The notes beneath the pieces were generated by a model. It did not search any database, was not told where the DNA came from, and saw only the letters and a list, made by a program, of their open reading frames with translations. From Botryllus schlosseri (taxonomy: Eukaryota), in NCBI GenBank assembly GCA_051294905.1, contig CM119378.1:15376001-15440000 (forward strand): DNA of 64,000 nt, read 5' to 3'. Of the stretch, positions 24,401 to 36,581 are shown piece by piece. Each line of letters opens with the position of its first letter. Positions within the stretch are counted from its first letter, which is position 1. The position numbers and the translations under genes are program-made.

Positions 24401-27400
24401 GTTTGATTTCAGCAGATCGGGCCATCCAAGCTACATAGATTGTACCGTAAAATCTGTCGCAGGCTCCCCATTACCCAAAATTATGATCTTCGCCTGTACG
24501 AATATACGGTACATGAATCGTCCAAAATATACAGACGTCAATAGCGAGAGTTACACGGATTTCATTCCGACACAAATCGCTGGTGCCGAGGGTGATAACG
24601 GAAATCTGCTGTAGATACAACGTGTATAAATCAACGAACATGGCATCAGATTTAAATTTCATTGATCCACTGTACTTGTGACCTGTGATAATCACTATTT
24701 TTTTTAACCAAAATCCTTAAATTCCAGTTGTGACTTGCCGACAACCCAACAAACCAGGAAACGGCCGCATACAATGCCAACAACCAATCACCTACGGAAG
24801 CACTTGTAATATCATATGCAACAGGGGCTTCCGACGGGTTGGCCCGAAAACTGTAACCTGCACTAATGGAACAAGTCAAGGATACTGGAGTCCACGCCAA
24901 TCGATCGCTTGTGTAACCGAGTCTAGACAGCCAACTCAACGACAACCGAGACGATGTCCAAAACTGATCGCGCCCGTCAACGGCGGCATGGTGTGCGAAA
25001 ATCAAGGCCGCTTTAAGAGTGAAAGCTCATACAATTACATGGGTACCATATGCGCATTTAAATGCGATATCGGATATTTCCGCAGCGGATCGGACACGGC
25101 TCAGTGTCTGGATGGAGGCAGATGGAGTGTGATGGTTCCCAAATGTCAAAAAGGTACGTGCAATTCTCCTCCTCAAGACGCTAACCGTATCGACAGCTGC
25201 TCCGACGGTAATTATTTCGGAACCATATGCGATATGAGCTGTCGTGCAGGTCACAGGCTCGTGGGCGCATCATCAGTTTCGTGTCAAGTTTTAAATGAGC
25301 TTGTCAGACAGGGGCAATGGTCGACGGAATTCCCTCGCTGTGTCAAGGCAGAATGCAGGCCCCGATTAACGAGACCCGTAAACGGCGCCATGTCATGTAC
25401 GCGAGGGAATACGCTTGGAAGCTTGTGTACCTTTTCGTGCAAAAAAGGATTCCAATTAACAGGCTTGGAAATGACCGTGAACGGCGCGGTCGAATGCGTC
25501 CAGACCGGAGACTCCGTCGTTTGGAATGGGGAAACCCCGCGATGCATGAGACTGCAATGCCCACGGCCTGACATGCCAGAAAACGGAAATGTAGTTTGCG
25601 GCGGAGATGGCCGCTTGGGTACCAAGTGCGTTTTCAGTTGCAATCCCGGGTTTGACTTGGTCGGGACTCCGAATGCAACAGTGCTAGGCGAATGCGTCCG
25701 TGCGGTTGGTGCCGGAGAGGTAACGGCTAAAATGACCGTTGAATCGATCGCGTGTGCTGAAGTACGCTGCCCGCCAGAACGAACGGCTCCGAAGAACGGA
25801 CAGGTGTACTGTTCAAGAGTGAATTTACAAGACAGCATATGCATCTTTTCGTGCAATGAAGGTTACGATATGGACGGTACCACGGATAGAATGGTTACAA
25901 ACATCTGCAACTACGCAGCCGACGGTGATGGAGTTGGAAGATGGAGCGCCGATCCTCCGACATGCGATACAAGGTTTTTTTGCGACGTGACACATGGTGA
26001 TCCTGAAAACGGAGCCGTGGATTGTTCAGACGGTTCTTTCTCGGGAAGTATTTGCACATTTACATGCGATGACGGATTTGAGCTTTACGGTGCGTCGGTT
26101 ATTACTTGTAGAGATAGAAAGTTCGATGGCGATGCCAAAGTGGAATGGACTGACGAAGCACCGGTATGCGTTGCTAGCACCTGTCCCGAGCTGTGGTACG
26201 ATCAAACGAGCATGATGGTTTCTTGCAATCGTGAAAAACAAGCTAACGGCTATCCAGTCGGGACTGACTGCACGTACCAATGTTCTGATTCAATATACTT
26301 CATTGATGCAACAGACGGATCGGCGAAAGCTATCACGTGCACCTCGAAAAATACATGGAATACACCATCGGCGCCGAGATGTATCTTAAAGAAATGTCCG
26401 CGACTGCCGAAGTTAGAAAACGGAAACGAGCCGATGTGTAGCAGAAGCAACTTCGTATCGTCGACCTGCGTGTTCAAATGCAACTCCAAGTACTCATTAT
26501 CTCACAACGAGGCAATCACCTGCGATTCTGGCGGACGAGGCGCCAAAGCCGGAAAATGGGATATTCAACCGCCAAAGTGTATACTGAACGAGTGTACGGA
26601 ACTTCCACCAACTCCCCGCAGGGGCGTTGTGAGCTGCTCCAACGGCGCTAAACTTGGCTCGATGTGTACGCTGCAATGCGACTCCGGCTACGCCCCTAGA
26701 ATTCCGGAAATCGACTGCCGAATGACGCAGCGCATGGTCGAAAGCAAAATGGTCGAAATGCCTTGGTTCGTGGATAGAGAGAACTTTTGCTGTTCCAAAT
26801 GCCTGTCCGAGTTATACATAACTTTGGCCGTGAATGCTCGGTACGAACGCGGTCTTCAGGACGTGGTCGACTTTGTCAAGATATTTCTCCCGCAACTTTC
26901 CCAGCGCAACAACCGCATTGTGTTCTCTGCGTTCTTATACAACTCCGTGGTCGACCAAGAGACGGTGATCGACCGATTCGAATTGAAGGAAAGCGACAAC
27001 CTGCCTGTTTTGTTGTCAATGCTCGTGGATTGGAGCGTGAAAAACGAGGGGAAAGGTAATATCTTGCTTGCTTTTTCCAAGTATTCGAGTAGATTTGCGT
27101 ACTTCTCGTACTTACCACAGTGGTTGTGTTTTAGGCCACTTCCACTTCTACTTTGGACAACTTTCTAGATTACTTTGGATTTATAAAGTAGAAAGTAGTT
27201 TTAGGACAAATTTGCATCACTTTCATGATCGAAATTATTATACGAACCGAGTGAAACCGTCCCGGTATCACGGTAACTAAATATATGGAAGAGTGCACCT
27301 ATATACGTGTGGCGCCATTTGTCATTATGTGTGACTCACGCAGATACATCTTACAATTTCCAGTAGCCATTTCCGATGAACTGGTGACAAAATGTGGCAC

Positions 27401-29497
27401 CCTAATAAAATCTAAGTTTTAAAACTATTATTTGAGTAGTTTTCGGACCTTTCATTTACTATTTCCACTAGAAATTGTTTTGACAGGTCTTGGATATCGC
27501 TACCTCTAATTGTAGAAATGTAGGAATGTAGAGTAGAAATGTACGGCGTTCCTTCAACTTCTACTTCGTAACAAACGCTTTGCTTTGACCACCTCTGAGT
27601 ATAGGCAAGTGGTAAAAGTGTTGGTGAAAACGATTTTGCGCTCTATAAGATTTCCCTGTCCTCTGACTTGAAACGAATAGTTTAAAGGGGTTCTAAATTG
27701 CATTCCCAAAATCGCGATGGCCGAAACTGTTGCTTACGTCACGCTAAATATTTTAAAACAGGAAACAACAAAGAGTGAACTTTACACAATCACTAAAATA
27801 TTCCGTTGGGCTGATATGATACCAATACATTTCAAATTTTGCCGGATGGTCGCAATCTGCTGGTCCTGGGTATCATCTGACTGCATTGATGATCTTGCCC
27901 GTCGCTCAGTCAGACTCTGCATTTGGGATTTCCAGATCGATGTGAATTTTCCGCAATAATAAAAGTTTCTTGCGTATAGAGACAGGCATCAACCCTGTTG
28001 ACAATCACTGTTTCACTCAATTGAGGTTGCATGTCTGAAAGATCGTATGCGCTAAGGCTGATATAACGTGTAATGAATAACATTGTCCGTTAATCTCGCG
28101 ATGCAGCGTAGCCTACACAAGTGACATAGATAACGTGAAATATAACCTATATATATAGGCTATATATAATATATCGATGGTATTGCTGCGGCATACCCTT
28201 TTGTTCCACCAAGTGCCGGACATTCAACCTTGTCCCGTCACGGGATTTAGGATCGCCACATAAATACGACTTGTTTACGAAAACATCTTACACTATGTTA
28301 CAATACATCGAGCACATATTTATGCATTGCATTTGACGTCTGTACACATCTTGAATTTAGAACCTAACGCCATGGGAGCCCTGCGGTACGCAAACTCGAA
28401 TTTTTTCGCTACCTTGAACCCGGGTGCTGTAAATTATTTGATAATTGCCGGTGACGAATCTCCCAAATACGACACTGGTGCACAGCTACAAAGCATGGAT
28501 GAGAGAGGGATCAATGTGAGTATTGAGTATAGTTATTAAATTAATTTTGTAGTGTTATAGTGTACTGTACACTGTACAATGTACACTATAGGCTACACTG
28601 TACGACTGTACGTGTACGTGTACATTGAGCTTACTCTCTGTTATTATGGAATTGATAATTTACATATTGGTGTTATAGTTAATATAATGTTAGAAATGTC
28701 AGAGTTTTGGAAAAGGGATGTACATTGTACAACCTGTTTGTCAAGAGGAAGATATTTTAATAACTTGGTGTGAGTGACCGCGGACCGCACACATGCTTTC
28801 TATGTAGTAGCCTAGTTGCAAAGCCCACCATCTAGTTAAGCATTGGTGACGGTATAGGGGCGATATATTGGACTTAAAGGAAATCGTGCAAAGCCCCAAA
28901 ATATTTTTCAGGTTATTGAATACATTTTGTCAACATATTTATGCGCAAAGTTAACGCTGCCACATTTTTAGCAATTTTAGTGATTATGGCCCGTTTCTCA
29001 GCTCACTTGAGCTTAGTTTAAAACCTACCAGACGAAGTTAAATTAGACATACAGCCAATGTGCGGGCCACCGCACACCATTCAAAATTGGCACTTCTTCA
29101 CGGGCAGCGCGGGTTGCACAGCCCTGTTACAGTGTGGAAATAAAGCTGAAGGCGAGTGAAAATTAATTAATATATTAGGTCCCACTGATCCAACTACCAG
29201 TTCCTAATCCTCCATTCATTTATGGAAAGAGACTGGCTGTTGTTTGTGTTACAACCCCGAAAGTGAGAGCTCTCCACGCTGTGCTGTATTCTGTCTTAAT
29301 ATTTGCATATAGGTTACCCGTCCGCTCATTTTCAGATAATTGCCGGCGTCACAAATGACTTTGCCAGAATAACATGGGGAAAGATTCTTGGAGACGATGG
29401 AACTGCAACCAATCTGAACGCGAATGAAATCATTAGCATAATGGATAACGCAGCTATTGACAGCGGATGTTCCACCCTATCCCCAGAATGCGCTTGA
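21422..29497 (+). CDS. Secreted LU plus 10x six-cysteine sushi/CCP plus degenerate VWA protein, 7 exons, 999 aa
   Basis: Exons: 21422-21470, 21653-21744, 22451-22555, 22629-22737, 24728-27055, 28361-28515, 29336-29497. Total 3000 nt, phases consistent. Signal peptide MKLVVCVLALLSVLEKG. LU domain LKCWTC..ICSCCCDTDRCN. Ten C-x-C-GS/TxC-xFxC-xGF-C-W-PxC modules. VWA-like tail (DFVKIFL..NAMGALRYA..YLIIAGDES..RGINIIAGV). No TM segment. Confidence 0.88.
23152..24292 (+). mobile_element. hAT-type non-autonomous element, TIR CAGA(A/G)GTGGTCA, AAGTAG-rich subterminal repeats
   Basis: TSD GCTATTTT/GTTATTTT (7/8). A partial relative ends at about 27597. Confidence 0.75.
27070..27597 (+). mobile_element. 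Partial copy of the 23152-24292 MITE family inside intron 5 of the LU-CCP-VWA gene
   Basis: CTACTT-rich repeats ending in GACCACCTCTG. The left TIR is not seen. Confidence 0.6.
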
Positions 29498-30125
29498 TGA
29501 ATGAATAATACCGACTACTGTGTTGGTATAGTGAATAGAGTACGAATTTCCGATTGATCCGTCTTTGTTCATTTCGATTACTATGAAATTGTCAAGAGTG
29601 AAAATAAGGTATCATGCAAATTTCTGCAGTCGACCAGACGACTAACAGATTATATAATGATTATCGATAATACGATCGATGAGCAATATCATAGATGGTT
29701 GTAATTCGTCAGAGCTTTACCCGATATTGAAATACTTACTGACATTGTTCTTTGGAGTGTTTGAAGCGAAACAGTGTGTGACAACGACTGAAAAGTTTTG
29801 GTACCGGTACATGTAACGAACTTTACACACAAGTGTACCTGACTGAAAGTCGTTCCTTGATCGTCGGTACACAACCGTACGCCCACTTACCGTCACTATA
29901 CACGTGCTGTGGGTCGTAAGACACAACTTTGTCACAATATCTACTGATAGCCATCGAAAATGAATTTTCTGCCTTAATCGCGTCGAGTGAGTTCTAAAGT
30001 TAAGAAAGGCGTTCGGGGAATTTTGTAAAGGGTTAAGAAGTGGTGACGATTGACCTTGATACCACAGATAAACATGGATTGGAGTGGTAACTTGCGTGAA
30101 TATATTTTATAGGGATGGTATAGTA

Positions 30126-30473
30126 TAGGGTTACTATACGTCCTCTTTTAAGAGGATTTGTCCTCTTTTTTGACTTTTTTGAAAGTGCCCTCGGAGGACA
30201 CCCTTTTGTCCTCTTTTTTGAGATTTTGTCCTCTTTTTTTATAATTTTGGTCATACTTATAGCAAAATCCGACTGAAATGCCGTAAAACAGCACCGAAGC
30301 GACGCTCCGGCGGGTATTTCGGGAGCTGAGCGGAAAAATGACCTTTTTTTTTAGTCAACCGACCACCAGGTGGGTAAAATTTACCATTGTTTGAGAATTT
30401 TCCTCCGGTTTTGCAAGTCTGCAAATTCTGAAAAATTGTCCTCTTTTTAGATTTCCAAAATATGGTAACCCTA
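30126..30473 (+). mobile_element. hAT-type MITE, TIR TAGGGTTAC(C/T)ATA
   Basis: Perfect 8-bp TSD GTATAGTA. TTTGTCCTC subterminal repeats as in 10029-10420. Confidence 0.88.
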
Positions 30474-31139
30474 GTATAGTAGCGTAGCAATACTCGACGC
30501 CGAATACATTGTCCGTCTGGCCTAGACCGTTGCGGCGTAAGCTTATATTCCCTTGCAAGTCCTCGTCGAAATTGTTGGCAAAGCGACGGAAGATATTGAT
30601 TTTCAGGGAATATTATATCATTTGATTGCCCCAGTTGATACATTTGGCGACGTTCAAAACGTCATTATATACTTTCAGCATGGTAGCATTATGTGGCTTG
30701 AGTCGTCGCTAGGTATATCGTGTCGCCTACATTAATATAGGCTCTCATTTCACTGAAATGTAGGGTTGGAATTAGCAATATGACGTCACGTGACGTCATG
30801 AGGTTCACGTTCGCGTTCACACAAAACCATTCAAAAAGGTTCGCGTTAACACGAACCTGAACATTTCAGAGGTTCACACCATCCCTAATATTTTAGCTAC
30901 AGTGCGAATGATGTGAGTTTCTGAGGAAAATGGTTGGTCCCAAAATGCTTTTCACACCTTCCCCTTGAATTTGAGACCGAATCATATTTAGAGCCCCTTC
31001 CGAAGTATGACTAAGAATAACCACGCATGGCGCATTGGTGGTAAAATTTATTGATTTCGATTTCGAAATGTTGTTATCTAGAGAGAAGCGGATATGTGTT
31101 AGTAAGGTTATGGCGTGCACTGTTCTCAGGAAGCACCAC

Positions 31140-31466
31140 CAACATAGCTTGACAATAACGAATTCAGGCTTGCCCCCTGTCCATTGAAGGATTTTGCGAA
31201 TATGACTCCCCAGCCGTCAGAGAGATATGATATTCTTTTTCGCCTGCACCATCGAGATGCTTTTGACGACGGTTGCGATACGGCCCCATGAGGTCATCTA
31301 GTCTGCGCCCCGGTTTTTTTCTCCTCCATGCTATCCGTGATTGCTGAGCGCCTAGGAGGATAGCTGCGGATACCAATTTTCGAGTCTTTGGTATGACCCG
31401 GCCGGGGATCGAACCCATGACCTACCGCTCTAGAAGCCGGACGCATAACCATTACACTATCTCACT
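31140..31466 (-). mobile_element. tRNA(Arg-like)-derived SINE with Meta/MESC-like central domain
   Basis: Minus strand reads A box GATAGTGTAATGGTT, B box GGTTCGATCCCC, then CGGGTCATACCAAAGAC..TGGTATCC..CTAGGCGCTCAGCA..GGATAG. A second copy is at 36019-36362. Confidence 0.75.
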
Positions 31467-31834
31467 CGGTGATCATGAATAATTGCACACGGTAAGAATT
31501 TGCAAATCTTAGGATGGTGAGAACGTTCGGCTAACTTTCGTGTTCGCATGAGAACCTCGATAATTCAGAAGTTCGCGTTCGCAAACGAACCTTGGTAGGT
31601 TCTATCCCGTGAATCATTTAGTGGATTGAAAACAGTTCCTATAATCTCGATATATGTGATCAAAATTCCATGAATATCTGCTTACTATATTACTCGCTGT
31701 GTCAGGGTGGCAGTAAAAAGAGGTGTGCATTTCAGTTTGGAATTTCTGGGATGTTTAGTTACCGAAACCTTTTAAAATGCATGTAACCCGAGATCGAGCT
31801 ATTGCGTCATCAATAGAATAAAAAATACTATACA

Positions 31835-32290
31835 ATACCATACATTGGGTTATAATTTTCATCTGAACAAGCTACACATACAATGTACAATGCGATAAGA
31901 CACAATGCAATGTAACGAACAGATAGGAGGATGTCGAACGACACGCATCAGTAGCGATCCTTTACTCAAACATCCACCTCGGCCTAACATAACATAACAT
32001 AACATAACATGGTTGGATTATATTTTTGATCTGAACAAGTCACACACAATGTACAATGCGATAAGACACAATGCGATGCCTAGATTGCCCGATATCACAG
32101 TTCTTTTTCGGTGTTGATCTTTTTGAAGCCGCGGCCCTTTCTACTAGTTCTTTCCATTCTTTGTGAGTGCTTTTTTTCTTCGGGTCTTTTTTTCTGGGCT
32201 TTTTTGTCGCCGTAAGAACGGCGACAGCGGGGGAAGAGGAGCCCAAATGAACCTCCGACGGGAATCGAACCGGGTCCGCCTATATAAGGA
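31835..32290 (-). mobile_element. Second tRNA-type SINE relic (B box GGTTCGATTCCC) with (ATGTT)n tail and duplicated 3' segment
   Basis: B box at about 32260-32272. (AACAT)n at about 31985-32010. The 3' segment ACAATGTACAATGCGATAAGACACAATGC occurs twice (about 31880 and 32046). Confidence 0.55.
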
Positions 32291-32524
32291 CCATAATTTA
32301 TCAATATCATGGTGAAATATATTATTAAAATGTATAATCAAGTCGCTGCAGTATTTGATTTTTACTGCGCATTTTATCAATATTTTATGAGGCATTCGCT
32401 GTTGAAACTTTCGTGGCCTCGTGGGTAACAGGTAATGTTGTCGCGGATCGGGGAACGTAGTTTGCCCACCTCTGATATAGTGTATTTTAACCTTTGCTAG
32501 GGTGCTAATTAAGTAGGCCTATAG

Positions 32525-34599
32525 CAGTGGTTCCCAACCTTTTCCCACCCACGTACTATCTCGAGGTTTTATTCAGTGCTCGCGTACCACCTACATAAGT
32601 TACGCGCCGAATGGGGTCAAAATGTTTCCACCGTATTGAGCTGCCGAAGGCAGCGAAACAGCGAATAAACTGTCCATTTTAAGGCGCAGTATATGATTCC
32701 TGTGGTGGATCCGTTTGAAATTCTTGTGGTCAAATATATTAAAACGGAAAGTGGTTAGGTAAGAACCCGGATGCTTTACGACCAGATCTCTTCCCCGTAG
32801 GCCGTCATTGGTGGCATTGCCGCAACCCACGACGACGACCTTACCACGACGACGACGCCTTCAAAAAAACTTCAGATCAGGGGTGGCCAACCTTTTCGGC
32901 CAATGGGCCACAGGAGATTTACGAACCATATAGCGCGGGCCACCACTTGAATGTTGATGACCATTTGTAGTTGTCCGATAGCAGTGAACCGGATTAGGTG
33001 ACGATGAAAACAAAATGACTTACTTGACTACCCATCAACAAAATCGATAGCAATTATGTCATGAAAACTCGGTGTGCAACTGTGCAACCATTTCGCACGA
33101 AGCGCGCACATATTTCAAAGTCAATGCATGAATTCGGTAAATGATATTGCTACTTGCATATATTGCGGGTCACGTCTGTATATACCGCTGGCCCCCTGGC
33201 TACGCCAATGCGTCGGAACCGATATTTTAATCATCAACATTCCAAATGTCGTAGTCATGTTAATCAAATTTTGGTTGGCCTTGCAAGTTCAAAATAATTG
33301 CCTGGGCAATTTATTTTTTGCAAATATAACTAATTTCGAGAGTTACCTCGCGGGCCACTCAAAACCTTCTCGCGGGCCGCAGGCTGGCAGCCCCTGCTCT
33401 AAATCAACGCCACCTAACTAATAACTCTCTTCGGTCGAAAAACACAGAATCTACTCGCGTACCACCTGAAAAACCTTCGCGTATTACCACCAGTGGTACG
33501 AGCAGGACCGTAACAGCCGCACCCCAAACCCCCCAATTGGGGAGGGGGGCGAGCTCGAAGGAGGCCCAAAATTATTTCGTGAATTAGCATAAATTATAGA
33601 GTATTTTTCGAAAATTTATGCAACTATTTCAAAATTATTTCGCGCCACGCGCGATTTCAAGTAGCCAAATATCTTGATTATTGAATACTCTTCCCCCAAG
33701 AAAAAATACGCAAGATTTTTAGAAATGGGCATATCGGCGTTGACCATTACCGCGCCACGATGCACCAAGGCATATAAAGTTTTAGGATTTGAAATCGTAT
33801 GATCTTTTAGGTTAGTACGTTTGGACGATTCTATATTTTTTTTTATTTAGCAGACAGGTCACGAAATAACATTGTGTAACGAAGTCATACCAACGGATCC
33901 GCCCACCCGAAGATGTTTAATTATTATTTACGGGCCCTACAGTTTCCATGACACCTCACTCAACTGTACTGGCAAATCTGATTACGTGAGCAGAGAGGAC
34001 AAGAAATTGATAGCAATATATATGCAATTCCCGATTTTATCATGAATTACCGAAAATTGTCGCGCTTCGCGCTGGCTTACTAAGCTGTATGCAGCTATTA
34101 TTTCGTGGCAGAAGCGAACAACATGATGGGGGTCTATGGGAGCCCAAGACTCAAGCCTATTTGGGGGGCCTGACGAAGTGCTCTTTCATTCCTGCCAACG
34201 GGTATACACCCGAAGATCTTTAATTATTATTGAGCGGTCCTACCTTTTCAAACACCACCTCACTCAGCTGTACTGGTAAATCAGATTAAATGAGCAGAGA
34301 GAGGATAAAAATTGATAGCAATATATATGCAATTTCCGATCATTTTGACCGATTCAATCATGAATTACAGAATTTCTCGCGCTTCGCGTGTTTTAGGCGA
34401 TAAAAGCTGACTCACTAAACGGACACCCAATGTAGACGATAAGTAGCGATAAACAGCGTATAGCGTGAGGGAGGTCTGGGGGCTTCGCCCCCCCCCCAGA
34501 AGTTAGGTTTATCACCCCATGGGGGGCCCAAGACCAACGTGTTGGGGGGGGAGGCTGACGAAGTGCTGTTACGGCCCTACCACAGTTTGGGAACAACTG
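32525..34599 (+). mobile_element. hAT MITE (CAGTGGTTCCCAA..TTGGGAACAACTG) carrying two nested TIR elements (32878-33396 and about 33503-34579)
   Basis: Outer TSD GCCTATAG/GACTATAG (7/8). Inner element 1 is CAGGGGTGGCCAAC..GCAGCCCCTG. Inner element 2 is CAGGACCGTAACAGC..GCTGTTACGGCCCT. Confidence 0.75.
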
Positions 34600-34614
34600 G
34601 ACTATAGCATATTA

Positions 34615-35476
34615 TGGGAAGGTGGGGCACATCGGGAACAAGGGCACAATGGTACATCATTGATATTTTAAAAACCCGACATCAAGAATAAACATACCTT
34701 CGATGATTTTTAGTGTCAAATCAGTTGTAATCCTGATGCTGTTTGTTTTCGCCTGTTTGAGAAAATGGCGAGTTTTTCTGTTTTGCTATAGGCTATGCTA
34801 CCTTTCGATTGTGTTTCGGTGGGTATTTCTTGTTTATTGTGTTTAAAATTTGCACACAGCTTAGTTATAACAGTTTTTAATCACGCTGTATGCTACTTTA
34901 GGGGCATGCTTGCGATTTTAAAATTGATTGGTGGTTTTGTTCTGAAGAAGCGGGTAGGGCACATCGAAACATATCGGGAGCACAATGAACCCATTGATAT
35001 CCTAATAATAAGGAATATTTATTTCAGGATCGTCCCCACGCCCCTTAATAATCATCCCGTGAAGTGTCACGCATTAAATGGAGTAAAGTTATTTCACCAC
35101 CCCCAGTCCATCGACAAGCCTGCAGAGATCTCCATGCAAGTTTTCTTGCTATTCCAAACACTTCGAAATATGAACATAAACTGGTCTTTGACACCTGCTC
35201 ATCGGTACTTTTCTTCAATTGTTCTCAGTGGTATCATATATTTTAATCCTGTCCCATTTCCCCACCGCTAGTCCCATTGTGCCTCGACTATGGGCATAAT
35301 GGGACAAAATGCACGTTTTTCAAGTGGTTATGCTTTCGTAATTATTTCGTGTTTTCGAATCTATTTTCTTTAAAAATATGCAATTTATGTACGTTCAGCG
35401 GCTCGTTAAAGTTCACTTGTATTTCTGAATTTATGGCGAAAAATATGTTTTGGGCCTATTGTGCCCCACCTTCCGC
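34615..35476. mobile_element. Tc1/pogo-like non-autonomous element, TIR (C/G)GGAAGGTGGGGCACA, TA TSD
   Basis: GGGAAGGTGGGGCACA at 34616 and TGTGCCCCACCTTCCGC ending 35476, flanked by TA. Confidence 0.7.
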
Positions 35477-36018
35477 TATGTGTCGATAATGAAATCTTGT
35501 GACCTGGGGCCAGTGGGGGTTGGATCGACATATTCCCGAGTCAGACTCCGAAGTCAGATCATGTTTCTTCTAAATAATATCCAGCTCGCTAGTTGCTAGT
35601 AGCCTACTCCACTAACTCCAGCCGTATATGAAAAGTACGAATCCTGCTCCGATCCGGCTCCGGCCAGAAACAAAAAAATCCGCCCACTTATCCACTGCGG
35701 CTTCGGCTCTATGCACGACACTACCCGCGGCGTCTGTCAAGTCCGGAAAGTCTTCTGCTACCCATTTGAAGTTGCTAAGTTGTGTACCCCATATTTTATA
35801 GCATGCATGATGATGCCATTTCAAAGTCTACTCCAAGTCGTTTCGATACCATCCAATGGATTCCTTGTATCGCAATCATGTGGCGTTTTGAAATGATAAA
35901 ATTATTCATAAACTCATACTGACCCTGCTGCTCATCTTAAACGATTTTCGTATGGTATTAACGTTTCAATCATTAGATCATGTTAACGAGTAAACCTTAC
36001 AGAAAAGTTCCTTTATAC

Positions 36019-36362
36019 CGACAAGATAGCGTATTGGTTAAGCGTCCGGCTTCTTGATCGGTAGGTCGTGGGTTCGATTCCCGGCCGGGTCAGACCAAAG
36101 ACCTGATTAGAAACACTGGTATCCATGGCTTCCCTGCTTGGCGCTCATGCATTACCGGGATAGCATGGAGGGGTGGTGCATGACTTAGAAAGCCGTAAAA
36201 GGCTATATCTGCACTTCCTTGTCCAGCGGCATATGCACATCATGCACTCATGGTATGCATATGCGCAGATCGTGTGTATGTGAATCATGAGTCGGTGTAT
36301 ATGCCGCAAAAACATCAAGGACAAAAATAAACTACGTCCTTTCCTGTCCTTTCCTTTCCTTT
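36019..36362 (+). mobile_element. tRNA(Arg-like)-derived SINE with Meta/MESC-like domain and (TTTCC)n tail
   Basis: Head and core are shared with 31140-31466 (GGTTCGATTCCCGGCCGGGTCAGACCAAAGAC..TGGTATCC..CTTGGCGCTCA.GCA..GGATAGCATGGAGG). The 3' half differs. Confidence 0.75.
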
Positions 36363-36550
36363 TCCGCTCTTCATATAGCCTACGACCTAGCAAATGCCCA
36401 CTGATTGCTGGGCAGCTTTCAGACAGCTTTTCCCACTCACGAATGTCTTAAAGTATACAGTTCATTTTTGGAGTCTGGACATCGAATTTTCAATCGCGAT
36501 TAGTCGTTGGGTGATTGGTGTAACTACTGCAATTGTAAGTGTATTATATC

Positions 36551-36581
36551 CAGGGATATCTAGAACTTCTAGAAATCCCTG
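36551..36581. mobile_element. 31-bp TIR-only hairpin relic (family C)
   Basis: CAGGGATATCTAGAAC-TTCTAGAAATCCCTG with perfect 8-bp TSD ATTATATC. Confidence 0.8.

Noticed and set aside
27056-27168. Hydrophobic tail of the 812-aa ORF as a transmembrane anchor
   Set aside because: It lies past the donor AAAG|GTAATA and inside MITE sequence. The VWA fold continues properly in exons 28361 and 29336.
28556-28590. 35-bp TATAG..CTATA hairpin as another excision footprint
   Set aside because: It has no flanking direct repeat and is embedded in TGTACA low-complexity sequence.
21422-29497. Orthology to SVEP1, selectins, factor B or Botryllus fester
   Set aside because: It lacks EGF, pentraxin, C-type lectin, serine-protease and TM domains and begins with an LU domain, so no symbol was assigned.
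31395-31466. Possible tRNA-Arg gene (also 36019-36085)
   Set aside because: A and B boxes are present, but no acceptor-stem closure is seen, and both copies continue into a shared SINE core.
34795-35271. 158-aa ORF as a transposase
   Set aside because: It lies within a non-autonomous pogo-like element and shows no DDE/D or HTH motifs.
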